Assembly (NCBI GenBank): GCA_902597725.1
Contig: CACJYQ010000001.1
Span: 18,413 to 82,412, forward strand
Source of the DNA: an uncultured Pelagibacteraceae bacterium
Lineage (GTDB): Bacteria; Pseudomonadota; Alphaproteobacteria; Pelagibacterales; Pelagibacteraceae
Direction of reading: 5' to 3'
DNA length: 64,000 bases
Shown: piece by piece, positions 39,538 to 49,723 of the stretch
How positions within the stretch are numbered: position 1 is the stretch's first letter
How the letters are laid out: every line of letters starts with the position of its first letter
Translations under genes and position numbers: made by a program
The notes under the pieces: generated by a model
What the model saw: the letters and a program-made list of their open reading frames with translations, nothing else
Databases searched by the model: none
Told to the model about the DNA's origin: nothing

Positions 39538-40413
39538 TTGAAATATTTATCAAATAGAAATGGATTTTTAGGTGTCGACAATAAATTTAATTTTAAAGAA
39601 AAGGTTGTTGTGGTTCCATTTGGGCTTGAAAAAACTGTTAGTTATGGTGGTGGCACCAGAAACGGACCTAAAGAAATTATAAAGGCTTCTCATCAAGTGG
39701 AATTATATGATGAAGAGCTAAATTGTGAACCTTATAAAAAAATTGGGATTAAAACATTAAAGCCCTTTAAGATTCATAGAAATATCGAAAAGGCTCTCAA
39801 GAAAATGTCAAATGTAAATAAAGAAATTTTAGATAAAAGACTTTTTCCAATCACGTTTGGAGGAGAACATTCAATTACGCCCGGATGTATTTATCCATTT
39901 GTCAAAAAGTACAAAAAAATTTGTCTCTTACATTTCGATGCCCATGCTGATTTAAGAAATAGTTACAATGGTGAAAAGTTCTCTCATGCATCAGCAATAA
40001 GAAGGTGCTTAGACCATGAAAATATATCATTAATATCTTTTGGGATCAGAAATATATCGGAAAGTGAAATTCCATTTTTAAAAAAGAATAAATCAAGAAT
40101 AAATATTTTTTGGGCAAAAGATAAATCAAAGTGGGATTTAACAAAATTTAAAAAACTTATAAAAAATAAAACAGTTTATTTAACATTTGATGTCGATGGT
40201 TTCGACTCAAGTATCATGCCGGCCACTGGGACCCCTGAACCTGGTGGATTATTATGGGATGAAACACTCAATATAATTAAAATTGCTGCAAAAAATTCAA
40301 ACATTGTTGGTGCTGACATTAATGAATTAGCACCTATTAAAGGTTTTAATTCATATAACTTTCTTGTTGCAAAACTCGCTTATAAAATATTGTCTTATAA
40401 ATTTTTGATTTAG
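39538..40413 (+). CDS. speB: Agmatinase-family ureohydrolase
   Basis: GGEHS, HFDAHAD, SHAS, FDVDGFD, TGTPEPGG; TTG start. Confidence 0.9.
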   Translation: MKYLSNRNGFLGVDNKFNFKEKVVVVPFGLEKTVSYGGGTRNGPKEIIKASHQVELYDEELNCEPYKKIGIKTLKPFKIHRNIEKALKKMSNVNKEILDKRLFPITFGGEHSITPGCIYPFVKKYKKICLLHFDAHADLRNSYNGEKFSHASAIRRCLDHENISLISFGIRNISESEIPFLKKNKSRINIFWAKDKSKWDLTKFKKLIKNKTVYLTFDVDGFDSSIMPATGTPEPGGLLWDETLNIIKIAAKNSNIVGADINELAPIKGFNSYNFLVAKLAYKILSYKFLI

Positions 40414-40964
40414 GCCTTAATTGGCTTAAAAGTTTTTAAAAGTAATCTAAATGGTATCAGCATTATTAAAGCTACTATTACTTTTACAATCAAATCTCCG
40501 AGAGAAAGTGTAACCCATGGCACGCCAGTCCCATAAAATGATATTGAAAAAAACAAAAATGTATCAATTGTTGAGCCAATCATTGAGGATGTTAATGGTG
40601 CAACAAACCATTCTTTCTTTCTTAATCTGTCAAATATTTGGACATCTAATAATTGTGCAGTTAAAAATGCAATTCCAGACCCGATAGCTATACGAATAGA
40701 TATAAGATCTGCAAAATCAGTAGAAAATAAAACTGTAAAACCAATTCCTAGTACAAAGCCAAAATATACAATTTTTCTTGCAACTCTTTTTCCATAAGAT
40801 CTATTAGCTAAATCTGTAATTAAAAAAGCGATCGGATAAGAGAAAGCTCCGTAGGTTAATATTTCATTTAAACCATAATAATTAATAGGAAATTGAACAA
40901 GATAATTAGAGGATAGGACAACAGCACCCATCAAAAATGATAGAAGTAAAAATGATTTACTCAT
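40410..40964 (-). CDS. Queuosine precursor transporter (YhhQ/VUT family)
   Basis: YPIAFLITD, RIAIGS..AF..AQLLDV, DTFLFF. Confidence 0.88.
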   Translation of the reverse strand: MSKSFLLLSFLMGAVVLSSNYLVQFPINYYGLNEILTYGAFSYPIAFLITDLANRSYGKRVARKIVYFGFVLGIGFTVLFSTDFADLISIRIAIGSGIAFLTAQLLDVQIFDRLRKKEWFVAPLTSSMIGSTIDTFLFFSISFYGTGVPWVTLSLGDLIVKVIVALIMLIPFRLLLKTFKPIKA

Positions 40965-41278
40965 TAAGCTGTTTTAGATTGTGCAGTTTTTTTTTGAAAT
41001 GGAGATTTAATTAATAAACTTTTTTTTAGTTTTTTTAATCTAGGAGATAAATTTTTATTTTTTACAGATTTTAGAAATTCATCAAAACTACCTTTTTTAT
41101 CTACTGATCTAACCCCTGCATTACTCACTGTTAATTTTAAGCTTCTTTTTAAAAGTTCACTTGTAAATTTTACTTTTTTTAAATTAGGTAAGAATCTTCT
41201 TTTTGTCTTATTGTTAGCATGACTAACGTTATGACCTTTCATTGGATTTTTTCCAGTTAATTCACATTTTTTTGTCAT
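40964..41278 (-). CDS. rpmB: 50S ribosomal protein L28
   Basis: [25 protein letters not shown]. Confidence 0.97.
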   Translation of the reverse strand: MTKKCELTGKNPMKGHNVSHANNKTKRRFLPNLKKVKFTSELLKRSLKLTVSNAGVRSVDKKGSFDEFLKSVKNKNLSPRLKKLKKSLLIKSPFQKKTAQSKTA

Positions 41279-41290
41279 AATTTGTTCGAC

Positions 41291-41319
41291 TATATAAAGT
41301 GAGATATTGATGGCGTCAA
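41291..41319 (-). promoter_or_regulatory. Sigma70-type promoter of rpmB
   Basis: TTGACG-N17-TATATA on the minus strand just upstream of rpmB. Confidence 0.65.
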
Positions 41320-41334
41320 GTTTATTAGATTATT

Positions 41335-42381
41335 CTAATCCTTTTTTCCTACTATTTCATTAAAGTTTTTTACACCATCTTTTAATAGTATTTCCCTCAG
41401 TTCTTTTTTAATTAGACCAACAATATTTGGACCTCTAAAAACCATGCCTGTATAAAGTTGTAAATAATCAGCTCCTGCTAAAAATTTTTGATAAGCAGAT
41501 CTGCCAGAGTCTACACCACCTACGCCTATAATTTTGATTCTACCTTTTAAAACTTTATAAAATTTTCTGATTAACTCTGAAGACTTTAACTCAATAGGTT
41601 TCCCGGATAATCCTCCTTTTTGATGGCTTTGAGAATTTTGTAAATTTTCCCTTGTCGTATCAGATGTGTTAGAAATAATAGCAGCTTCTATCTTGTTATC
41701 TAAAAGCACTTCAGAAATTTTCACAATTTCTTTATCATTAATATCAGGTGATACTTTTACCGCTATAGGTGTTTTAGAGTTAAGATCTCTCTTCTCTTTT
41801 TCTATTAGTTTTAAAAGATCATCTAATTTTTTTTGATCATGAAAGTTTCTTAAATCTTCGGTGTTTGGTGAGGAAATATTAATAGTAATATAATCAGAGA
41901 CCCCATTAAACATTTTTAAACACTGTATATAATCATTTGTTCTATCTTCTGAGTCTTTATTAGGTCCAATATTTATTCCAAGTAATCCAGTTGGATTATT
42001 TCTTTTAATTCGATCTACAATATTTTTTGAACCTATATTATTGAAACCAAGTCTATTTATCAGAGCCTCATCTTCTACTAATCTAAAAACTCTAGGTTTG
42101 GGATTTCCGTATTGTTCTAATGGTGTGACAGTTCCCACTTCGACAAAACCAAATCCTAAATTGAACAATGAATTATATACCTCGGCATTCTTATCAAATC
42201 CTGCTGCCATACCAATTGGATTTTCTATTTCTTTATTAAATAATATGGTCTTAAAAAGAGGATTATTTTTTTCGTCATCTAAAATATTTGGAATAAAATT
42301 AAATTTTAGTGACTTTATCGCTAAACTATGAGCCGTCTCGGGATCTAATTTAAAAATTAAAGATCTTAAATTTGAAAACAT
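41335..42381 (-). CDS. pyrD: Quinone-dependent dihydroorotate dehydrogenase
   Basis: AAGFDKN, INRLGFNN, NISSPNT, GGLSG, IIGVGG. Confidence 0.96.
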   Translation of the reverse strand: MFSNLRSLIFKLDPETAHSLAIKSLKFNFIPNILDDEKNNPLFKTILFNKEIENPIGMAAGFDKNAEVYNSLFNLGFGFVEVGTVTPLEQYGNPKPRVFRLVEDEALINRLGFNNIGSKNIVDRIKRNNPTGLLGINIGPNKDSEDRTNDYIQCLKMFNGVSDYITINISSPNTEDLRNFHDQKKLDDLLKLIEKEKRDLNSKTPIAVKVSPDINDKEIVKISEVLLDNKIEAAIISNTSDTTRENLQNSQSHQKGGLSGKPIELKSSELIRKFYKVLKGRIKIIGVGGVDSGRSAYQKFLAGADYLQLYTGMVFRGPNIVGLIKKELREILLKDGVKNFNEIVGKKD

Positions 42382-43943
42382 TATTTAATTTTATTTAATA
42401 TAAGATCTTTTGTTTCTTTCACACCAAAAAAACTTATAAAAAAACCCATCCTTGGTCCATTTTCGTCTCCAAAAACTACTTCGTAAATTAATTTAAACCA
42501 ATCTCGAAGGTTCTCAGTGTATCCATTTTCTTTACCAGTCGAATATATCATTGTTTGAATATCTTCTGGTTTCATTTTGTCGTCACATTTATCTAAAGTT
42601 TTTACTAGAGCTTCTAAAGCTTTTTTTTCTTCACCATTAGGTTTTTTATATTTTTTTTTCAATCTTATTACGTCGTTAAAATATTTTATTGCATAGCCTA
42701 CTAAATTATCAAAGATAGGATTGTCTTTCTCCGAAATGTCTTTTTTATATTTTTTAACAAATTTCCAAAGAAGTTCTTTGGTGTCAGCGTTACTTGTTTC
42801 AACCAAGTTTAATAACATTGAAAACGACATAATCATATTTTCTTTAGGCACCAAACTATTATGAACATGCCATACAGGATTCATAAGTAGCTGTAACTCA
42901 TTTTGATTTTTTGCTTTCTCAATTAGATCCAAATAATCGTCAACAGTTTTTGAAACTATTTCTTTGTAAAGTTTTTTTGCTCTTTTTGGATTTTGATACA
43001 TATACAGCGACAAACTTTCAGGAGAAGCATACTCTAACCATTGATCAATAGTGATGCCGTTTCCCTTTGATTTTGAAATCTTCTCTCCTTTTTCATCCAA
43101 AAATAGTTCATATGCAAAACCTGAGGGGTTTGTTTTTCCAATCAATTTGATAATTTTTGTTGAAAGTATTGCGCTCTCTATAAGATCTTTTCCATACATT
43201 TCAAAATCAACATCAAGTGCATACCATCTCATAGCCCAATCAACTTTCCACTGTAATTTACAATTTCCATCATAAATGCTTGTTTCCAAATCTTTTCCAT
43301 TATTATCAAAAACAATAATAGATTTTTCTTTATTAATATTTTTTACAGGTATTTCTAGAACATGACCTGTAACCGGACAAATTGGAAGAAATGGACTGTA
43401 CGTTTTTTGTCTCTCTTTTCCTAGTGTAGGAAGTATTATATTCATTATACCATCATAATTCTCTAAAATAACTTGGAGAGAAGAATTAAAGAAACCTGAT
43501 TTATAAAGTGATGTTGAACTTTTAAAATTATATTTAAATTTAAAATTGTTTAAAAATTTTTTTAACATTTCATTATTATGCTCACCAAAACTATTAAATT
43601 TTTTAAAGGGATCAGGCACATTAGTAAGCGGTTTGTGTAAATTTTTTTCTAATAATTCTTTTTGTGGAACGTTGTCAGGTACTTTCCTTAGACCGTCCAT
43701 ATCATCTGAAAAAGTAATGATTTCAGTTGGTAAATCAGTCAAATGTTTTAGTGCATTTACAATCATTGATGTCCTTGCAACTTCTCCAAAAGTTCCTATA
43801 TGTGGAAGACCGCTAGGACCATAACCTGTTTGGAGAATTATTTTGCCTTTTTTTTCTATAAAAGATTTTCTTTCTCGAAGCATTTTTTTTGCTTCAACGA
43901 AAGGCCACGCACTTGTTTTATCAAAATTTTCTTTTTTAATCAT
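42381..43943 (-). CDS. lysS: Lysine--tRNA ligase, class I
   Basis: GPSGLPHIGT, KLQWKVDWAMRW, KISKSKGN, GPRMG. Confidence 0.95.
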   Translation of the reverse strand: MIKKENFDKTSAWPFVEAKKMLRERKSFIEKKGKIILQTGYGPSGLPHIGTFGEVARTSMIVNALKHLTDLPTEIITFSDDMDGLRKVPDNVPQKELLEKNLHKPLTNVPDPFKKFNSFGEHNNEMLKKFLNNFKFKYNFKSSTSLYKSGFFNSSLQVILENYDGIMNIILPTLGKERQKTYSPFLPICPVTGHVLEIPVKNINKEKSIIVFDNNGKDLETSIYDGNCKLQWKVDWAMRWYALDVDFEMYGKDLIESAILSTKIIKLIGKTNPSGFAYELFLDEKGEKISKSKGNGITIDQWLEYASPESLSLYMYQNPKRAKKLYKEIVSKTVDDYLDLIEKAKNQNELQLLMNPVWHVHNSLVPKENMIMSFSMLLNLVETSNADTKELLWKFVKKYKKDISEKDNPIFDNLVGYAIKYFNDVIRLKKKYKKPNGEEKKALEALVKTLDKCDDKMKPEDIQTMIYSTGKENGYTENLRDWFKLIYEVVFGDENGPRMGFFISFFGVKETKDLILNKIK

Positions 43944-44031
43944 GATTAATTCAAATAAAATCTTAAATTAACGCTTTAACATATTCTTATAGAGTTGAAA
44001 TTTATTTACCATAAAATAATGTTCTATCAAA

Positions 44032-45471
44032 ATGTCTAATTATAAAACTGTTTTTTTTACACTTGGAATTCTTCAAATAATTCTTGGAATTTTTATGTTG
44101 ATCCCAATATTTGTTCAATTTTTTTTTAAAGAAATTGACTCCTCTTTTTTTGGTGCTTCAATTATTACAATTATATTTGGTACGCTATTTTTTTTATCTA
44201 ATCTTGATCATGATAAGAAGTTAAATTTACAGCAAGCTTTTTTATTGACCGCATTATCTTGGCTAAGTATCGCAATTTTTGGCTCGCTACCTCTAATATT
44301 TTCTGAAGTCAATTTTTCGTTCACCAATGCATTTTTTGAGAGTATGTCAGGCATTACAACAACTGGTTCAACAATCATTCCAAATTTAGAGGAGATGCCC
44401 AAAGCAATTTTGCTTTGGAGAGCAATTCTTCAATGGTTGGGTGGTATTGGAATAATTGTTATGGCGATTACTCTGATGCCGATAATGAATGTTGGTGGTA
44501 TGCAATTATTTAAAATTTCTAACAGTGACTCATCAGAAAAAATTCTTCCTAAATCGAAAGAAATTGCAATGAGATTAATTTATATTTATTCAGGTCTCAC
44601 TACGCTGTGTGCAATATCATATAAAATTCTTGGGATGAATACTTTTGATAGTATAACCCATTCAATGACAACAATAGCAACTGGGGGATTTTCAAACTAT
44701 AACGAGTCCATTGGTTTCTTTAATAGTTTTACAATAGAAATTTCAGCAATGATTTTTATAATCTTGGGAAGTTTGCCTTTTATCGCTTATATCAAATTCT
44801 TGAACGGTAATAGAAGAATTTTTTTCTCAGATATCCAAATTAGAACTTTTTTAAAAATAATCTTAATAAGTATTCTGATCTTATCAATTTATTTATTTTT
44901 AGATAAATCATCTGAACTAAACTTCAGAACAGTTTTATTTAATGTAATATCAATTTTGACAGGAACTGGATATGTAAATGCACAATTTGATAACTGGGGT
45001 GGATTTCCTTTAATTATATTTATAGGTTTAATGTTTATCGGTGGATGTGCTGGCTCAACAACCTGTGGTATAAAAATATTTAGATTTCAAATACTTTATT
45101 CATTTGTTTTGAATCAACTTAAAAAAATTATTTATCCTAAGGGAATTTTTGTTCTAAAATATAACCAAAGTCCTGTTGATGATAAATTTACCGCATCAAT
45201 TATCTCTTTCATTTATATGTACCTGGTAATTTTTTTTGTGATTACAGCGTTATTATCTTTGACAGGTCTTGACTTTATTACTTCAATTTCTGGTGCTGCA
45301 ACATCTATTTCAAATGTAGGACCTGGCCTAGGTTCAACTATTGGGCCAAACGGAAATTTTTCATCCCTTCCTGATATCTCTAAGTGGATTTTAAGCTTTG
45401 GTATGATTTTGGGTAGATTGGAATTATTTGCAATCCTTGTATTATTTTTACCATCTTTTTGGAGGAATTAA
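44032..45471 (+). CDS. trkH: TrkH potassium uptake protein
   Basis: FESMSGITTTG, ATGGFS, GGCAGST, NVGPG, GRLE. Confidence 0.93.
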   Translation: MSNYKTVFFTLGILQIILGIFMLIPIFVQFFFKEIDSSFFGASIITIIFGTLFFLSNLDHDKKLNLQQAFLLTALSWLSIAIFGSLPLIFSEVNFSFTNAFFESMSGITTTGSTIIPNLEEMPKAILLWRAILQWLGGIGIIVMAITLMPIMNVGGMQLFKISNSDSSEKILPKSKEIAMRLIYIYSGLTTLCAISYKILGMNTFDSITHSMTTIATGGFSNYNESIGFFNSFTIEISAMIFIILGSLPFIAYIKFLNGNRRIFFSDIQIRTFLKIILISILILSIYLFLDKSSELNFRTVLFNVISILTGTGYVNAQFDNWGGFPLIIFIGLMFIGGCAGSTTCGIKIFRFQILYSFVLNQLKKIIYPKGIFVLKYNQSPVDDKFTASIISFIYMYLVIFFVITALLSLTGLDFITSISGAATSISNVGPGLGSTIGPNGNFSSLPDISKWILSFGMILGRLELFAILVLFLPSFWRN

Positions 45472-46850
45472 ATTTGATAGAAATTAAAAAAAATTCTTTG
45501 TCTGAAATGTTCTCGGTTTATTTTGACAAAAGAATGCTCAAAATTTTATTGCTTGGTGCAATATCAGGTTTTCCATGGGTTTTGATTGGAAGTAGTCTAA
45601 GTTTATGGTTAAAAGAAGATGGACTAAGTAGATCAACCGTTGGATGGGCTGGATTAATTTTTGCAGTTTACGCATTTAATTATTTATGGGCACCTTTAAT
45701 AGATAGAATACAAATACCATATTTAACAAAAAAAATAGGTCACAGAAGAGGGTGGATTGTTTTGATGCAAATTATCATCTTACTCTCACTTGCTCTTTGG
45801 AGTTTACTCGATCCATCTGAAAATTTAGCTTTAGTTGTTTCAGTGGGTTTAATAATTGCTATAGCATCATCAACTCAAGATATAACGGTTGATGCTTTAA
45901 GAATTGAACAGATTGGTGAAAATGAGGGAAAATCCATGGCTGCTGGAGCCGCAATGGCGGTTGTCGGTTGGTGGACAGGATACAAGTTGGGTGGAGTACT
46001 ATCATTATTTGCAGCAGATATTCTACAAAACATTGGTTTTGAAAATTATTGGCAATTAACTTTCTTAATTTTGGGGATTTTAGTAATTTTAATGAACATT
46101 GGCTTAATGTTCATTGACGAGTCTGGAATTTTAGAGAGGCAAAATCAACAAAAAGAAAATGATAAATTGATATCATCTCAATTTAAAAAAGAAAATATAT
46201 TTACAAAATTGATAACCTGGGTTGCTGGAACAATTAGTGGTCCAATTATTAGTTTTTTTAAAAAAAATGGCTTTTCGATTGCTCTAGGAATTTTAGGATT
46301 TGTTTTTTTATTTAAAGTGGGGGAGGCATTTCTTGGAAGGATGTCTATAATTTTTTATAAAGAAATAGGTTTTAGTAAGTCGGATATCGCTATTTACTCT
46401 AAAACGTTAGGTTGGATCACTACTGTGACGTTTACTCTTTTAGGTGGACTTTTTGTAATAAGATCTGGGGTTTTAAAAGCAATGTTTTTTGCTGGAGTAA
46501 TGATGGCAAGCACAAACCTTTTATTTAGTGTGTTGGCCTGGAGCGATAAATCTGAATTTTTATTTGCTATTGCAGTTATTTTTGACGATATAGCTGCTGC
46601 ATTTGCAACAGTAGCTTTTGTAGCCTTTATATCTATGCTCGTAGACAGAGCCTATACAGCAACTCAATATGCGCTCTTAGCGTCGATAGGTACTGCTGGT
46701 AGAACAACTTTATCTTCCTCCTCTGGCGCCCTTGTTGATTGGTTAAATGGTGATTGGGGAATATTTTTTATTTTAACTGCGCTAATGGTCATTCCTTCAT
46801 TAATAATCCTATGGATTATGAAAAATAAACTACAACTAAGTGAAAAATAA
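45459..46850 (+). CDS. ampG: AmpG-family muropeptide MFS transporter
   Basis: SGFP, LWAPLID, RRGW, TQDITVDALRIE, TATQYAL; true start may lie slightly downstream. Confidence 0.88.
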   Translation: MEELNLIEIKKNSLSEMFSVYFDKRMLKILLLGAISGFPWVLIGSSLSLWLKEDGLSRSTVGWAGLIFAVYAFNYLWAPLIDRIQIPYLTKKIGHRRGWIVLMQIIILLSLALWSLLDPSENLALVVSVGLIIAIASSTQDITVDALRIEQIGENEGKSMAAGAAMAVVGWWTGYKLGGVLSLFAADILQNIGFENYWQLTFLILGILVILMNIGLMFIDESGILERQNQQKENDKLISSQFKKENIFTKLITWVAGTISGPIISFFKKNGFSIALGILGFVFLFKVGEAFLGRMSIIFYKEIGFSKSDIAIYSKTLGWITTVTFTLLGGLFVIRSGVLKAMFFAGVMMASTNLLFSVLAWSDKSEFLFAIAVIFDDIAAAFATVAFVAFISMLVDRAYTATQYALLASIGTAGRTTLSSSSGALVDWLNGDWGIFFILTALMVIPSLIILWIMKNKLQLSEK

Positions 46851-47592
46851 TTTTTTAAATAAATCTGTAGCTAACGTTTACTTAAAACCATCTTCTAATT
46901 CTGAGGTAGTTTCACAAATTCTATATGGAGAGAAATTTAAGATTCTATTGAAAAGAAAAAAATATTTAAAAATAAAAACTCATTATGACAATTATATTGG
47001 ATATATAAAAAAAGATAAGTTTTTAGAAAATTTTAAACCCTCACATAAAGTTTCAAAGATTAAATCTAGAATTTTCTTTAAAAAAGGTAAAAGATTTTTG
47101 TCTTCAAACCATTATCTATATTATGGATCTGGTGTGTTTATAAGAAATGAAAACAAAAAATATATTGAATTTGAAAAAAATAAATGGATCAAAAAAAGTG
47201 ATATCAAAAATATTGATCATTATGAAAAAAATTATATCAAAGTATTCAAATTCTTTTTAAACACAAAATACTTATGGGGCGGAAAAACCTGTGTCGGTAT
47301 CGATTGTTCAGCATTAATTCAAATTTATTTTTATTACAACAGAATTTTTTTTCCAAGAGATACAAAAGACCAAATAAGATTTTGTAAAAGAAAAAGAGGT
47401 AAAAATCGACTTAAAGGAGACATCGTATTTTGGAAAGGACATGTGGGTATATGTCTAAATAAGTCTAGATTTATTCATGCTTATGGACCAAAAAAGAAGG
47501 TGTTAATAATGCCAACAGTACCAACAATTAAATTAATTGATAAAACTGCAAATCTGAAAGTTAAAAAAGTAAGTAATATTAGTAATATTTAA
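46840..47592 (+). CDS. SH3 + NlpC/P60 (C40) peptidase, no signal peptide
   Basis: SQILYGE, YLWGG, IDCS, PRD, GHVG, FIHA. Confidence 0.85.
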   Translation: MKNNFLNKSVANVYLKPSSNSEVVSQILYGEKFKILLKRKKYLKIKTHYDNYIGYIKKDKFLENFKPSHKVSKIKSRIFFKKGKRFLSSNHYLYYGSGVFIRNENKKYIEFEKNKWIKKSDIKNIDHYEKNYIKVFKFFLNTKYLWGGKTCVGIDCSALIQIYFYYNRIFFPRDTKDQIRFCKRKRGKNRLKGDIVFWKGHVGICLNKSRFIHAYGPKKKVLIMPTVPTIKLIDKTANLKVKKVSNISNI

Positions 47593-48485
47593 TCTCTACC
47601 AAAGTCAGGTTTGTTTACATCCTGTTTTAATTTAATAATCTTAGACCTAACTTTTTTAGTCTGAGATAATTTTTTTAAAATTGATCTATTATTTTTAGAA
47701 TTTATATCTTTTTTGAAAGATTTTAAATTTTTGATAAATAAGTCTATAGCTTTTGTAACATTAACCTTATTATCAAAAAAAATATCTCTCCACATAATTT
47801 CATTTGAAGCAGCTATTCTTGAAAAATCTCTCAACCCCCCAGCACTGTATTTGATAAGCCCAAATTTAAGTATTTTTTCAAAATCTTGAGCCGATTTAAC
47901 CAAATTATAAGCAATTAAATGTGGTAAATGACTTGTGATAGAAAAAACTTTATCATGTTTTTCAGAGTTCATAATAACAGTTTTTGAGCCCATCTTTTTC
48001 CAAAAAGAAATTAAAAATTTTAAATTCTTAGAACTTGTTTTTTTATCCTTAATTAATACACACCATTTATCCTCAAACATATCAGCTTTTCCAAATTCTG
48101 GTCCACTCACCTCCGATCCAGCGATAGGGTGACTCCTAATCCAATTTATACCACGCTTCAAAAATTTTTTAATTATTTTTGATGACTCTATTTTTGAAGA
48201 TCCCACATCAGTAATCAGTGTCTTTGGCGAAATAGTTTTATTAATTTTAAGAATAAGTTTTTTATATTCACTCGTTGATGTACAAACAATCACTAAGTTT
48301 GAATTTACCAAACCATCTTTAAGAGACTTAACAATTATTCCAGGTAATCTAAGACTTTTTATTTTAGCGATATTAGATTTTGATTTTTCATAAATAAATA
48401 TTTTTTTTGCTATTTTTTTTTTTGAAATCCTCCTTACTAAAGAAGAGCCTAATAACCCACAGCCTATAATTAATATATTTCTCAT
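47589..48485 (-). CDS. tyrC: Prephenate/arogenate (cyclohexadienyl) dehydrogenase
   Basis: GCGLLG, TDVGSSK, HPIAG, TSHLPH, GGLRDFSRIA. Confidence 0.88.
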   Translation of the reverse strand: MRNILIIGCGLLGSSLVRRISKKKIAKKIFIYEKSKSNIAKIKSLRLPGIIVKSLKDGLVNSNLVIVCTSTSEYKKLILKINKTISPKTLITDVGSSKIESSKIIKKFLKRGINWIRSHPIAGSEVSGPEFGKADMFEDKWCVLIKDKKTSSKNLKFLISFWKKMGSKTVIMNSEKHDKVFSITSHLPHLIAYNLVKSAQDFEKILKFGLIKYSAGGLRDFSRIAASNEIMWRDIFFDNKVNVTKAIDLFIKNLKSFKKDINSKNNRSILKKLSQTKKVRSKIIKLKQDVNKPDFGRD

Positions 48486-49567
48486 TTTCTAAATATATTT
48501 TGTGTTGCTTTGATAAATCTCATATTTTCCTCTTTTGACCCAATCGTTAATCGTAGCATATTTTTTATTTTATAACCCTCTTCAGTAGACCTTAAAATAA
48601 TTCCCTTTTTTTTTAATTTTTCATAGAAACTATTAGCTCTTAGTTTGCATTTATTAAAATTCAATAATAGAAAGTTAGCAGAAACTTTATTTGAGCTAAT
48701 ATCATAATTGCTCAAAAAATTTTTCAGTTTTGTTGCATAAATATGATTATGTTTTACTGAACGTGAAATAAATTTTTTATCCTTAAGTGACTCAATAGCT
48801 GCTTTTTGAGCTACTTCATTAACATTGAATGGAGGTTTAATAACATTCAAAGCATCAATAATTTTTTTTGAACCATATCCCCAACCAATTCTTAGAGATG
48901 ATAGTCCGTAGATTTTTGAGAATGTCCTTAATATAAAAACATTCTGTTTATTCTTAAATAAATCTAAACCGGATTTATAGTCTCTATTTTGCATGTACTC
49001 TGCATAAGCATCATCTACAACAAGTAAGATATTTTTTCTTAATCTTTTTCTTAGATCAATTAATTCAAAACTGTTCAAGTAAGTGCCAGTCGGATTATTT
49101 GGATTAGCGAGAAATACAATTTTAGTTTTATTGCTTACTTTTTTAATTATTTCAGAGACAGAAACTTTAAAATTTTTTTCTTTGGCAAAAACAACTTTTG
49201 CACCAACTATTTTTGCATATATTCTGTACATTAAAAAACTAAACTGAGGAAGAATTACTTCATCTTTTGGTTTAAGGAAAAGTTGGCATAACATTTGAAT
49301 AACTTCGTCTGAACCAGCTCCACAAATTATTTTTTCTTTGTCACAACTAAATTTTTTTGAGATCTGACTTCGTAATTTTTTAGACTTTCCATCAGGATAT
49401 CTGAAAAGACTTAATTTTTTATTTGATATTGCTTTCTTGGCCTTGGCACTTACTCCTAAAGCTGATTCATTTGCTGAAAGTTTAATGATTTTATTAAAAC
49501 TCTTAATAGTTGATTTGCCAGGTTGATAAGCCTCAATATTAAATTTTTTAAATTTTATAGTTGTCAT
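48482..49567 (-). CDS. hisC: Histidinol-phosphate aminotransferase
   Basis: KLSANE, GSDE, NPNNPTG, RTFSKIYGL..LRIG. Confidence 0.92.
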   Translation of the reverse strand: MTTIKFKKFNIEAYQPGKSTIKSFNKIIKLSANESALGVSAKAKKAISNKKLSLFRYPDGKSKKLRSQISKKFSCDKEKIICGAGSDEVIQMLCQLFLKPKDEVILPQFSFLMYRIYAKIVGAKVVFAKEKNFKVSVSEIIKKVSNKTKIVFLANPNNPTGTYLNSFELIDLRKRLRKNILLVVDDAYAEYMQNRDYKSGLDLFKNKQNVFILRTFSKIYGLSSLRIGWGYGSKKIIDALNVIKPPFNVNEVAQKAAIESLKDKKFISRSVKHNHIYATKLKNFLSNYDISSNKVSANFLLLNFNKCKLRANSFYEKLKKKGIILRSTEEGYKIKNMLRLTIGSKEENMRFIKATQNIFRK

Positions 49568-49639
49568 CTTTTAAATTTTAGCCTCTTTATAAATAAAATA
49601 ACAATTTTTCATATAGAATTAGTTCAAATATTTTAAAAA

Positions 49640-49670
49640 TTGACATACTAAATAACATCTTGTACAAAAT
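49640..49670 (+). promoter_or_regulatory. Sigma70-type promoter of the metX leader
   Basis: Perfect TTGACA at 49640 with TACAAA 17 nt later, just before the riboswitch. Confidence 0.6.
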
Positions 49671-49674
49671 TTAT

Positions 49675-49723
49675 GCGCTGATTTACCTGAATTGCGAGCG
49701 CTTTAAAAAAACCGCTAAAAAAG
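49675..49723 (+). ncRNA. SAM-II riboswitch
   Basis: GCGCT-GATTT-ACCTGAATTGCG-AGCGC...GCTAAAAAAG matches SAM-II P1, GAUUU loop and GCUAAA 3' strand; upstream of metX. Confidence 0.92.

Noticed and set aside
42381-43943. Class I LysRS as archaeal gene transfer
   Set aside because: Class I LysRS is established in many alphaproteobacteria
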